Shown one piece after another: positions 19,834-27,108 of a DNA stretch of 33,652 bases (positions are counted from its first letter, which is position 1; each line of letters starts with the position of its first letter). Made by a program: the position numbers and the translations under genes. This DNA is from a virus: the IMG/VR virus record IMGVR_UViG_3300000052_000002, positions 1 through 33,652 of that record. One strand, 5' to 3'. The notes beneath the pieces are model-generated. The model saw nothing but the letters and a program-made list of their open reading frames with translations, was not told where the DNA came from and made no database searches.

Positions 19834-20473
19834 CTTATTTTGTCCCTTGAATATTTCCACCCAAGGGACTAACAAGCAGAGGAGCCGCCCTGGACTCCTC
19901 TACAAAACTTTTTTAAATTCTTAATTTTATTTACCGCTGTTGTTCTAATAAACATATTTCCAAATATTACGTCTTTTATTAACAATATCTTTTATGTGTG
20001 CTTCTGAAACATTGTACTTTTCAGCCAATATTTTTCTGCCATAATATCTACCTGATTCACTTGCAACTTTTCTAATTGCAATGATATCATTTTCATTCAA
20101 TTTAGAATTTCCGTTCTTTGATCCATGTGCTGAAATTCTTAATCCGTTTTTATACGCATGTAATTGGTTCATTGAATTGTTGCACCATTCTAAATTTGAA
20201 ATATCATTATTGAATTTATTTCCATCAATATGATTTACCTGGGTGTAATTATTCGGATTATCAATAAAATGAATTGCAATTAATCTATGTAGATTAAATC
20301 TTTTCATTTTTGAATTCTTACATAAAACAACTTCATAGTATTCATCTTTGATCAATGATATTTTTCCGCCCTTTGTTCCTTTCCTGGCAATAGAATTGAT
20401 ATTACCTTCAATATCTATTTCATATAATCCCTCATAACCAATGATTTGTTTTTTCATATTACAAAGGTAAGTT
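19834..20473 (-). mobile_element. 640-nt HNH-encoding intervening sequence, a putative self-splicing (group I-like) intron, inside the terL Walker A codons
   Basis: The last exon-1 base is U (20474) and the last intron base is G (19834). Joining them restores the frame and gives GGTKISGKT. The 3' part has hairpins at 19878..19901 (AGAGGAG/CTCCTCT) and 19842..19869 (GTCCCTTG/CAAGGGAC). I could not trace the P1 or P7 pairings. Confidence 0.6.
19945..20457 (-). CDS. HNH homing endonuclease, I-HmuI-like (NUMOD4 + HNH_3 + C-terminal HTH), 170 aa
   Basis: Motifs are GYEGLYEIDIEGNINS, HRLIAIHFIDNP..VNHIDGNKFNNDISNLEW and NSMN. It is in a different frame from both terL exons. Confidence 0.8.
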   Translation of the reverse strand: MKKQIIGYEGLYEIDIEGNINSIARKGTKGGKISLIKDEYYEVVLCKNSKMKRFNLHRLIAIHFIDNPNNYTQVNHIDGNKFNNDISNLEWCNNSMNQLHAYKNGLRISAHGSKNGNSKLNENDIIAIRKVASESGRYYGRKILAEKYNVSEAHIKDIVNKRRNIWKYVY

Positions 20474-20534
20474 ATATTTTTGTACCACCTTCATAATAAA
20501 TACAAACATTAATCAGGAAATAAAGGTTGTTCAA
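20474..20534 (-). CDS. terL: Terminase large subunit, exon 1 (20 codons plus 1 nt; TTG start inferred)
   Basis: The frame is open only from 20537 (TGA at 20540..20538) and has no ATG. It encodes (M)NNLYFLINVCIYYEGGTKI plus the first base of a split Ser codon. It overlaps the terS 3' end by 26 nt. Confidence 0.5.
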
Positions 20535-20964
20535 TCTTCAAATCCGTTTGGGTTTTCTCAACCAAATTGTTTAACCTCTGTGTAATGGATGGATTATAAA
20601 CCCCGGCCATGCCCCCGGCTATCTGATCTTCCCGGATGATTCGCTTTATACGTGAACAGACATCCGAATACAATTCGTATGCCCCCCCGGTGTTGCCAAA
20701 ATAATCATCTGTATCTTTTATGATGCCTTTTGAAAAAACATAATTGGAAAATCCTTCATAGGTTAAAGGTTTTTCCTTTGGCCTTTCAACTTGCATTGCC
20801 ATTCCACCTACCCAATCTCTTACATAAAACGGATTTGATTTAACTTTTGCTTGATATTCTTCAAACAATGTCCACATCATTTCCGGGGATTCAATGTATT
20901 TCTTTTTAACCAATGGTTGTTTATTTGCTTTCGGTGCTGCTTTTTTCTTTACTTGCTTTGCCAT
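20509..20964 (-). CDS. terS: Terminase small subunit (gp3-package-like), 151 aa
   Basis: It has a basic N-terminus, PLTYEGFSNYV (HTH-like) and ...IREDQIAGGMAGVYNPSITQRLNNL. It sits immediately upstream of terL. Confidence 0.65.
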   Translation of the reverse strand: MAKQVKKKAAPKANKQPLVKKKYIESPEMMWTLFEEYQAKVKSNPFYVRDWVGGMAMQVERPKEKPLTYEGFSNYVFSKGIIKDTDDYFGNTGGAYELYSDVCSRIKRIIREDQIAGGMAGVYNPSITQRLNNLVEKTQTDLKIEQPLFPD

Positions 20965-21160
20965 TTATCTTGCTTTGGTTATCAAATACGAATTTCACCA
21001 TGTAGTTCACGCATGATTGACATCCTCTGTATGAAAAATCTCCATTGGGTGAAATTGATGTTGCCCATTGGTGCAATTGTTCCAATTCTGCTTCTGATGG
21101 ATGTGCATCAATCCCCAGGTTAACCCTTTCAAATAAATAATTAAAATCTTCAATTTTCAT
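20921..21160 (-). CDS. Hypothetical protein (79 aa, contains CQSC)
   Basis: ORF between the sigma factor gene and terS, overlapping both. Confidence 0.4.
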   Translation of the reverse strand: MKIEDFNYLFERVNLGIDAHPSEAELEQLHQWATSISPNGDFSYRGCQSCVNYMVKFVFDNQSKINGKASKEKSSTESK

Positions 21161-21632
21161 TTTCTATGTGTTTAATGATTTGTTTCCTGGCTTTCTGAAT
21201 TGTTTTGCAAATGCCTGAATATTCAATGCCTGTTTCTGCTTCTATTTTCCTGTATGATTTGTGTTCTGCATAAAGTTCTAACATCTTTGCATCATACCAA
21301 TTCAATTTGTGCAAAGGTATGATTATTTTTTCCGGTTGGATTTCTTCGGCAATATCAATGAATTCAAAAACAGATAATTCCTTTTGTAGTGTTTTTTTGT
21401 ATGATGATCTTTGCCATTTGATTTGATTGTACATCATGTTTATTACATATTGTTTCAATTTGTTCCTGGTGTAAAGATCAATAATGAATTCATCCGGTTT
21501 TTCAAGTAATTCCAAAAATGTAACCTGGATGATATCTTGTTGAATTTCAACCGGTTTAATGTATTTTTTAACGCAATCATTTAATTCCTTTGATCGGTAA
21601 AGTTCATCAATGATTTCATTTTTGGAATTCAT
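21150..21632 (-). CDS. Phage-encoded sigma-70-family (ECF-like) sigma factor, 160 aa
   Basis: There is a region-2-like segment (DIIQVTFLELLEKPDEF...YVINMMYNQIKWQR). The region-4 HTH is LNWYDAKMLELYAEHKSYRKIEAETGIEYSGICKTIQKARKQI. Confidence 0.6.
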   Translation of the reverse strand: MNSKNEIIDELYRSKELNDCVKKYIKPVEIQQDIIQVTFLELLEKPDEFIIDLYTRNKLKQYVINMMYNQIKWQRSSYKKTLQKELSVFEFIDIAEEIQPEKIIIPLHKLNWYDAKMLELYAEHKSYRKIEAETGIEYSGICKTIQKARKQIIKHIENEN

Positions 21633-21661
21633 GATATAAAGTTACAATGTTTTTTTAATTT

Positions 21662-21885
21662 GTGTAAATACACATGTTGTGTAAAACGTGTACGCCTGAA
21701 ACTCAATGTGGTTGGGCATTTACACGATTTACACGTTTACACACAAATTTTCATTTTCTATATTTATATGTATCTCTTTATAATAATAATATATTATTAT
21801 AATCTCTATACGTACACGTGTAAACGTGTAAACGCTGTGCTGTATTGGGTTTCATCGTACACGTTAACGTGTAAACATGTGTAAA
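21662..21885. promoter_or_regulatory. Iteron cluster flanking an AT-rich core: candidate replication origin (alternatively an operator or packaging recognition region)
   Basis: GTGTAAA occurs at 21662, 21679, 21818, 21826, 21869 and 21879. The inverted form TTTACAC occurs at 21719, 21728 and 21736. A ~66-bp spacer (21745..21810), nearly all A/T, contains the 18-bp palindrome ATAATAATATATTATTAT (21783..21800). CGTACACG/CGTGTACG palindromic units lie near 21687, 21811 and 21857. Confidence 0.55.
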
Positions 21886-21898
21886 TGACATAAAAAAA

Positions 21899-21913
21899 CC
21901 CGGATAAACCGGG
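21899..21913 (-). terminator. Terminator after the primase-helicase gene
   Basis: The minus strand reads CCCGG-TTTAT-CCGGG followed by TTTTTTT. Confidence 0.6.
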
Positions 21914-21959
21914 AATTAAAGTAAAATGTGTAAGAAAACTTAATTGGTGCTTCAATGAA

Positions 21960-24173
21960 TTAAATCCGTTTTTGATAAACTCCCTGGGAAATTTTAACAA
22001 ATAATGCTGCAAAATCCTTTGTTCTCATGGATGAATCAAATTTTCTTTCGGATAAATTGATTTTTTTACAGATTTCCGCCGCCTCTTTTCGGTTGAATTG
22101 ATCAGGTAACGCATTGTAAAGATTTTCCAATTTTTCAGGTAATCCGGTTTCATTGGTTGTATGTAATCGGGAAATGATCTTTAATGTTGTTTCGGAATAG
22201 TATTTGTAAAGTTTTTGTGATAAGATCACAATTTGTTCTGTGATGATTGGATTGGATGGATTGTTAAGGATTGCAACGATCTGTGTTAATCGGCCCATGT
22301 AATTACTCATTTTGGCATGTGTTCCCAAAATGTAACCTTCAACCCTGTTTTCAATTCTTTCATTTGCAGCCACTAAATCGGCTTTATAAATTTTCCGATA
22401 TGTTCCCCTGGCTTCATTGGTAAGATTGATTCTTACCGGCTCAATTTCAGTTTCATTGTATCTTTTGGCGTTATTATAAACCTGTGATAAAATATCTGTC
22501 CAATCCTGGCAAATTTCCCTGGATCTGCTGAATGGATCGGCTTCAATGTTTAGTAATTTGTAATCTGATTCGCACATCAAAAACCTGGATGCAAATCCTG
22601 ATGTGATCCTATCCATTGGAAAAATGTTTTGGATCCTTTCCGTTTGGGTTCCCATCAATAGATTGATGTTTAAGTTTTTAACTATCCTTTCATTTTCTCT
22701 GTTGGCCCTGGATTGCACAAATCTTCCCCCACCAAATGCCTGGGTTAAAAATGATATGGTGTTGTTGTTTGATTTGTATGCACCGGCATTCAAAATATCT
22801 TCGGCCTCATCAATATAAATTCCAATGCCGGTTTTTTGATCCATGCATAATGAAATGTAACCTTCAATGGTTCCATCCTTTACAATTGGGATGAATCGTT
22901 TGGGCCTGGATTCAAAAAATGGTTTCTTATCAATCTGTGCTTTTGCTTTGCGGCCTTCCCATAATTTAAGATCGGTTGCGTATGTTCTATCTGATTGTTC
23001 CAATATCCGTTTCATTGGGTTCTGTGCCATTACTTCCTGGGCCGGTGATTTACCAACCGACATTGGGGCAATTAGGAAACAATAAAGAATGTTCTTTGCT
23101 GATCCAATTTCGGATTCATAGGATGCACCGGCCAATGAACTAACGGCCCAAATTCCGGCTGTGGCCAGGAATTCCGGCGACATGGATCGTTCCTTTGCCA
23201 CCTCAAAAATTGATTCCTTAACCGCCTGTGGAAAAATATCAAATGGAAATGCCAGGCCGGATTGCTTTTTTATTCCGATGTGATCAAAAACATTTTCCCA
23301 TGATCTTTTCAGGTGATAGAATAAAATAAACGATGGTGATAAACTCCAAACAGGATATTCATGTTTATTGTGCCAATTCGGGAAATTGTGCAACGATGCC
23401 GAAAATAATAAAACCCTTCGTGATCTATAATAAACTTTTGCGGAAATGGCATTGGATGTTGATCCTTTGCGTTTGTATGCATGGAATTTGTCTTTGGTTG
23501 AATACCGGAAATCCCGGATTAATTCAATTCCGATTCCATTTAAAATAATATCAAAATCATCATCTGAAATGTTTTTATCATAATCAATCAATTCATTTTC
23601 ATAACCTTTTGGATAATTGATGGCTTTTTTTGTTGGATCATATGCCGGTTTGTACTCATTAAAATATTGGGAAATTGATAAAAGATAATTGAAATCATCA
23701 TCATTCAATTCATCAACATCCAACATTGATTGATAATATTCTGTGTAACCTGGTGTTGGGTATGTGTATACCAATGGCCCATTACAATAAAGGGCAATTA
23801 CTTCTGATCCATCATCCGCATCCGCCAATGCCATTTTTTTGGGTAGATGATTGTATTTTATCCAAACATGAAATCCCTGGTTCCTGGTTTCTTCAATGAA
23901 TACTTTGTTTAAAACATCCGGATTATCATTTGTGATAATGTCCATCCATTGTTTGAATAGGTTTTTGTTTTTAGTATTTTTCAAATCAAAATCAATGGCC
24001 CCGAAATTGTTTTCGGTTTTAATCATTAATCCATTGTGTTTGGAATACAAATCAAAATCCGTTTCTGTTGCCCAATTCCTATGGCTAACCGGTTGTTTTT
24101 TTTTAACATCCCATTCAATAGGGATGATAGTTAACCCCAATGATTTGTAATCATTGTAAATTTCTTTAATCAT
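21960..24173 (-). CDS. Bifunctional primase-polymerase (prim-pol) fused to a DUF3987-type helicase (737 aa from MIKEIYNDY)
   Basis: The N-terminus has GLTIIPIEW..KKQPV, GAIDFDL and GFHVWIKY (prim-pol). The C-terminus has Walker A APMSVGKS and Walker B IYIDEAED. The ATG at 24173 is preferred over the track start at 24233. Confidence 0.7.
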   Translation of the reverse strand: MIKEIYNDYKSLGLTIIPIEWDVKKKQPVSHRNWATETDFDLYSKHNGLMIKTENNFGAIDFDLKNTKNKNLFKQWMDIITNDNPDVLNKVFIEETRNQGFHVWIKYNHLPKKMALADADDGSEVIALYCNGPLVYTYPTPGYTEYYQSMLDVDELNDDDFNYLLSISQYFNEYKPAYDPTKKAINYPKGYENELIDYDKNISDDDFDIILNGIGIELIRDFRYSTKDKFHAYKRKGSTSNAISAKVYYRSRRVLLFSASLHNFPNWHNKHEYPVWSLSPSFILFYHLKRSWENVFDHIGIKKQSGLAFPFDIFPQAVKESIFEVAKERSMSPEFLATAGIWAVSSLAGASYESEIGSAKNILYCFLIAPMSVGKSPAQEVMAQNPMKRILEQSDRTYATDLKLWEGRKAKAQIDKKPFFESRPKRFIPIVKDGTIEGYISLCMDQKTGIGIYIDEAEDILNAGAYKSNNNTISFLTQAFGGGRFVQSRANRENERIVKNLNINLLMGTQTERIQNIFPMDRITSGFASRFLMCESDYKLLNIEADPFSRSREICQDWTDILSQVYNNAKRYNETEIEPVRINLTNEARGTYRKIYKADLVAANERIENRVEGYILGTHAKMSNYMGRLTQIVAILNNPSNPIITEQIVILSQKLYKYYSETTLKIISRLHTTNETGLPEKLENLYNALPDQFNRKEAAEICKKINLSERKFDSSMRTKDFAALFVKISQGVYQKRI

Positions 24174-24292
24174 GGCAATTAAATAAATGTGGCCGGAAAT
24201 GGAATGATCCAAGGTAGCATCTCGGATCCCCAAAACCGGCCAATAAGTTATTACAATTATGCTACAATTGTATTTAATACGAAATTAGGAAT

Positions 24293-24511
24293 TTATTTTG
24301 TCAATTGCTTATCTTCCGGAATAAATCCGGTGCCCTGTGTTCTATCGGTTGCCTTAAGGAAATCCACTTCAATTTTAACTGAATTAACAATCACCTGGGC
24401 AACATCTGCAATGGCTTTTGCCCTGTTTATTTCCATTGGATTTTCAGGATCCATCAATGATTCCATTGTTGCAAATAAATGATTCCGTAAATCTTCAATC
24501 TTGTTTTTCAT
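24293..24511 (-). CDS. Hypothetical protein (72 aa)
   Basis: ORF only. Confidence 0.35.
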   Translation of the reverse strand: MKNKIEDLRNHLFATMESLMDPENPMEINRAKAIADVAQVIVNSVKIEVDFLKATDRTQGTGFIPEDKQLTK

Positions 24512-25118
24512 TAATTACTTTTTTAATTTTGTTTAAAATTCTGATCGTCTGCCTCACTTCCTTTGGAAATCTCATGATGGTATTTTTTGCCATGTTTTCC
24601 CCAATGGTGATGGCTTCAAGATTTTCAATGTCCACGTTTAATTTGTTCCCATCCTTAAACCTTATTTTCATATCATCCGGAATTGTGCCATGATGTTGTT
24701 CATAAATAACCCGGTGTTTCAATTTGTAAACATTTTTACTAATCCTGATTTGAATGTAACCATCTTTTGTGATTCGTTCTGCCCCATCACGTTGAAGATT
24801 ATGCGGCTCATGTCCTTTTTGATACATGGTTGGTGCAAATCGTTTGTAAAGTTCATCCGGCATTGGTTTTCCCTTGTTTGCCGGTGTATTTCCTTTTTTA
24901 TACCTGAATGATGCCCCATCTGTTCTTAATCTGTCGGCTTGTATTGCCAATTCCATTTTTAAAAATTCAGGTGATTTTTTCAATCTGAATAAATATGCTT
25001 TGCCGGCAACGGATGTATAAGATTTATTTAATGCGGCACAAATATCTTTTGTGTATGTGTTGGCAAAATTTAATTTTAAATATTCAATCTCCTGATCTGT
25101 CCATTTTTTACCATTCAT
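24495..25118 (-). CDS. Free-standing HNH endonuclease (HNH_3-type), 207 aa
   Basis: KDGYIQIRI...YKLKHRVIYEQHHGTIPDDMKIRFKDGNKLNVDIENLEAITIGEN. Confidence 0.7.
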   Translation of the reverse strand: MNGKKWTDQEIEYLKLNFANTYTKDICAALNKSYTSVAGKAYLFRLKKSPEFLKMELAIQADRLRTDGASFRYKKGNTPANKGKPMPDELYKRFAPTMYQKGHEPHNLQRDGAERITKDGYIQIRISKNVYKLKHRVIYEQHHGTIPDDMKIRFKDGNKLNVDIENLEAITIGENMAKNTIMRFPKEVRQTIRILNKIKKVINEKQD

Positions 25119-25123
25119 TAAAT

Positions 25124-25231
25124 TTAATTTACTGCCTTACATGTCGGGCAAATGATAGAATATTTTGTTGTTGTGATGGTAAAATAATGCTTGCATGCTC
25201 GGCATTTGATGAATTTAAAAATGTATTTCAT
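25124..25231 (-). CDS. Small zinc-ribbon protein (35 aa, below the track cutoff)
   Basis: Hand-translated: MKYIFKFIKCRACKHYFTITTTKYSIICPTCKAVN*. It has two CxxC pairs and an ATGA overlap with the upstream gene. Confidence 0.4.
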   Translation of the reverse strand: MKYIFKFIKCRACKHYFTITTTKYSIICPTCKAVN

Positions 25232-25695
25232 TTATCAATTTTTGTGATTTGATCATACAAAATAAAAAATTGTTCCGGTGATGAAATGAATTCATAAATG
25301 CCACCGGCTTTGCGTTCCCTGATTTGCTCGGCAATCTGAAATTCTGATGGTTTATCCTTCCCAACCTTTATTTCCAACATCACCGCTTTACCATTTATTG
25401 TGGCTGAAATATCTGCTGTTCCTCTCCTGGTTGTTGATGGCATCCATTTCTTTACATGTAGTGTTACTCCTGATGGTTGTTTTTCTGTTCCATCAATTAA
25501 CCGGCCTGAAACATTTATCCTGGTTGATCGGTGTTCTTCCCAATTCAGAAAATTGTTAACGATTTTCGTTAATCCATTTGCAGTTTTTGCATTTGGGATT
25601 GTTGGGTTGCTGTAAAATCCATCCTTCCACGCTGTGGGATAAGCATTTTGAAAATGCTTTTGATGTGCCTGTTGATAACGTAATTTCCATATCAT
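25228..25695 (-). CDS. VRR-NUC / PD-(D/E)XK-type nuclease (155 aa)
   Basis: GTADISATINGKAVMLEIKVGKDKPSEFQ..Q matches the G.(p)D...(E)hK...Q nuclease core. Confidence 0.5.
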   Translation of the reverse strand: MIWKLRYQQAHQKHFQNAYPTAWKDGFYSNPTIPNAKTANGLTKIVNNFLNWEEHRSTRINVSGRLIDGTEKQPSGVTLHVKKWMPSTTRRGTADISATINGKAVMLEIKVGKDKPSEFQIAEQIRERKAGGIYEFISSPEQFFILYDQITKIDK

Positions 25696-25943
25696 AAAAA
25701 TTCAAGGGATTTATCAACCTCAAAATAATAAAATATTTTTTCGGAATCGGTGTTAAAATTGTATTGGGCAATAATCTGCAAAATGATTTCATGTGCAAAG
25801 GATTTCGCCAATGATGTAATCAAACATTCCTGGCTGTTATCTGCCCCCTCATTGAATAGAATCATGTAGCATTTATTATAAATAATTTCTGCTTCCTGAA
25901 ATGCTAATGGATGATTTTGTTGTTGTGTAAATTTTTCGTTCAT
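25692..25943 (-). CDS. Hypothetical protein (83 aa from MNEKF)
   Basis: The ATG at 25943 is preferred over the TTG at 25970 used by the track. Confidence 0.35.
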   Translation of the reverse strand: MNEKFTQQQNHPLAFQEAEIIYNKCYMILFNEGADNSQECLITSLAKSFAHEIILQIIAQYNFNTDSEKIFYYFEVDKSLEFL

Positions 25944-25945
25944 GT

Positions 25946-26119
25946 TTATTTGGTTTTTGGTTTTTCCCAAGATGAAAATTGAAATAACATTCTATCAATT
26001 ACATCACTAATCTGTTGATATTGTTCCCAGGTTAATTGTGTTTTTTTAATCTTTTCAAAATGTATTTTCCAATATTCTGTTCCGTTCTCCTGGTTTATTA
26101 TCTGTTCTTGAATTGTCAT
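25946..26119 (-). CDS. Small hypothetical protein (57 aa, below the track cutoff)
   Basis: Hand-checked open frame MTIQEQIINQENGTEYWKIHFEK..., with an ATGA overlap with the upstream gene. Confidence 0.4.
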   Translation of the reverse strand: MTIQEQIINQENGTEYWKIHFEKIKKTQLTWEQYQQISDVIDRMLFQFSSWEKPKTK

Positions 26120-26313
26120 TGTTTATTTGAATTTAAAAATGTTTCACTCACTTTGGTTTCCTCGTTTGGAATGTTATGATTATTTTGAATTGAAATTACT
26201 ACATCCAACATATTTTCAAGTTCAATAATTTCGGCTGTTAATAATGCTTTCTGCCTTCTTTTGTAATCAATTAACGATTTTGTTTGTTCGATTACTGCTT
26301 CAATTTTGTTCAT
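26116..26313 (-). CDS. Hypothetical coiled-coil protein (65 aa)
   Basis: ORF only. Confidence 0.35.
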   Translation of the reverse strand: MNKIEAVIEQTKSLIDYKRRQKALLTAEIIELENMLDVVISIQNNHNIPNEETKVSETFLNSNKQ

Positions 26314-26368
26314 TGTTTATTTTTATCTTGTTTTTTGATTGGTTTTTAAACCATTTTGTTGGCTTCAA

Positions 26369-26746
26369 CTATATGGTTTTTATCATTTTGTTGGGATCAA
26401 CAAATTGATCCTTGTTAATTTCAACATCAAATCTTTCCCCATTTAAAATTGAATCAATTACCTTTTCAATCATTTCCCTTTGTTCCGGTGTTAACAATGC
26501 CAATTTTTCATTTATTGCCGGAATTACAAATGGATCTGATTTTAATTCATTTTTTATTCCTGTTCTGATAATGTCCGGGAAAAATGGGAAGGTGTAAAAA
26601 TCATTCAGGATCCATTGTAATTTTTTTGAATATTGTTTAAAAATCTTTGCACCTGGTGATTCCGGATATGATCTCACAAAATCATCCATGTATTCCCTGG
26701 CAATGATTAAATTTTGCATTGATGATACAATTGAACTAACTCCCAT
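26369..26746 (-). CDS. Hypothetical protein (125 aa)
   Basis: ORF only. Confidence 0.35.
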   Translation of the reverse strand: MGVSSIVSSMQNLIIAREYMDDFVRSYPESPGAKIFKQYSKKLQWILNDFYTFPFFPDIIRTGIKNELKSDPFVIPAINEKLALLTPEQREMIEKVIDSILNGERFDVEINKDQFVDPNKMIKTI

Positions 26747-26760
26747 AATATGAAAATAAT

Positions 26761-26782
26761 GGCCAGGCTGTAACCCCTGGCC
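26761..26782. terminator. Hairpin, potentially a bidirectional terminator
   Basis: GGCCAGG-CTGTAACC-CCTGGCC. It has TGTTTTTT on the plus side and ATTATTTT on the minus side. Confidence 0.5.
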
Positions 26783-26788
26783 TGTTTT

Positions 26789-27076
26789 TTAAAATGGTAA
26801 ATCGTTTTCAAGTTCTACACGATCCACCGGCTTTGCTTCTGCTTTGGTAAATTCAACCAATTTGAATTTTGAAGTTAAATAACATTTCTTTTCTTTGGCT
26901 TCCCTTTCCTCTTTCTTTTGTGAAATGTTAATGGATCCAATGTTTTCAAATTTATCCGGTTCATCATTTATCCAAATATCTAAATTCAAATACAGGTTCC
27001 CGGTCTGATCCAATTTGAAAATCTTTTCTTTATCAATTTTTGATAAATTTAATAGTGCTGAATATAATTTGCTCAT
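26789..27076 (-). CDS. Small protein ending in an SSB-type C-terminal tip (..VELENDLPF), a putative ssDNA-binding or SSB-tail-mimic protein (95 aa)
   Basis: The C-terminal DLPF matches the conserved acidic (D)D(I/L)PF tip of bacterial SSB. It lies next to the recombination genes. Confidence 0.35.
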   Translation of the reverse strand: MSKLYSALLNLSKIDKEKIFKLDQTGNLYLNLDIWINDEPDKFENIGSINISQKKEEREAKEKKCYLTSKFKLVEFTKAEAKPVDRVELENDLPF

Positions 27077-27108
27077 AAAATATCCGGTTTAACCATTGCC
27101 GGCCTGGT

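Noticed and set aside
19834-20473. Intein, or two independently translated TerL fragments, as the explanation for the split terL
   Set aside because: The HNH ORF is in a different frame from both exons and is flanked by stops, so protein splicing is impossible. The upstream fragment would be only ~20 aa and the P-loop would be cut in half, so separate polypeptides are implausible.
20474-20540. Programmed frameshift fusing terS to terL exon 1
   Set aside because: There is no recognisable slippery heptamer or stimulatory structure at the overlap. A TTG start is the simpler explanation, although it is unverified.
21662-21885. CRISPR array
   Set aside because: The repeats are only 7-10 bp, occur in both orientations and are irregularly spaced without unique spacers. 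No cas genes are present.
21660-22012. Track ORFs 21660..21884 (+) and 21806..22012 (-) in the sigma/primase intergenic region
   Set aside because: Both are made of the GTGTAAA/CGTACACG repeats and the AT-rich core, giving repetitive translations (e.g. CVKRVRL, VYTCKRVNAV). The region is better explained as non-coding.
24174-24233. N-terminal extensions proposed by the track (24233 for the primase, 30034 for the RHH, 4299, 25970, 30099, 30943, 31831)
   Set aside because: These use non-ATG or upstream starts that overlap neighbouring genes or promoter elements. Downstream ATGs give tight ATGA couplings or sit just after a -7 box.
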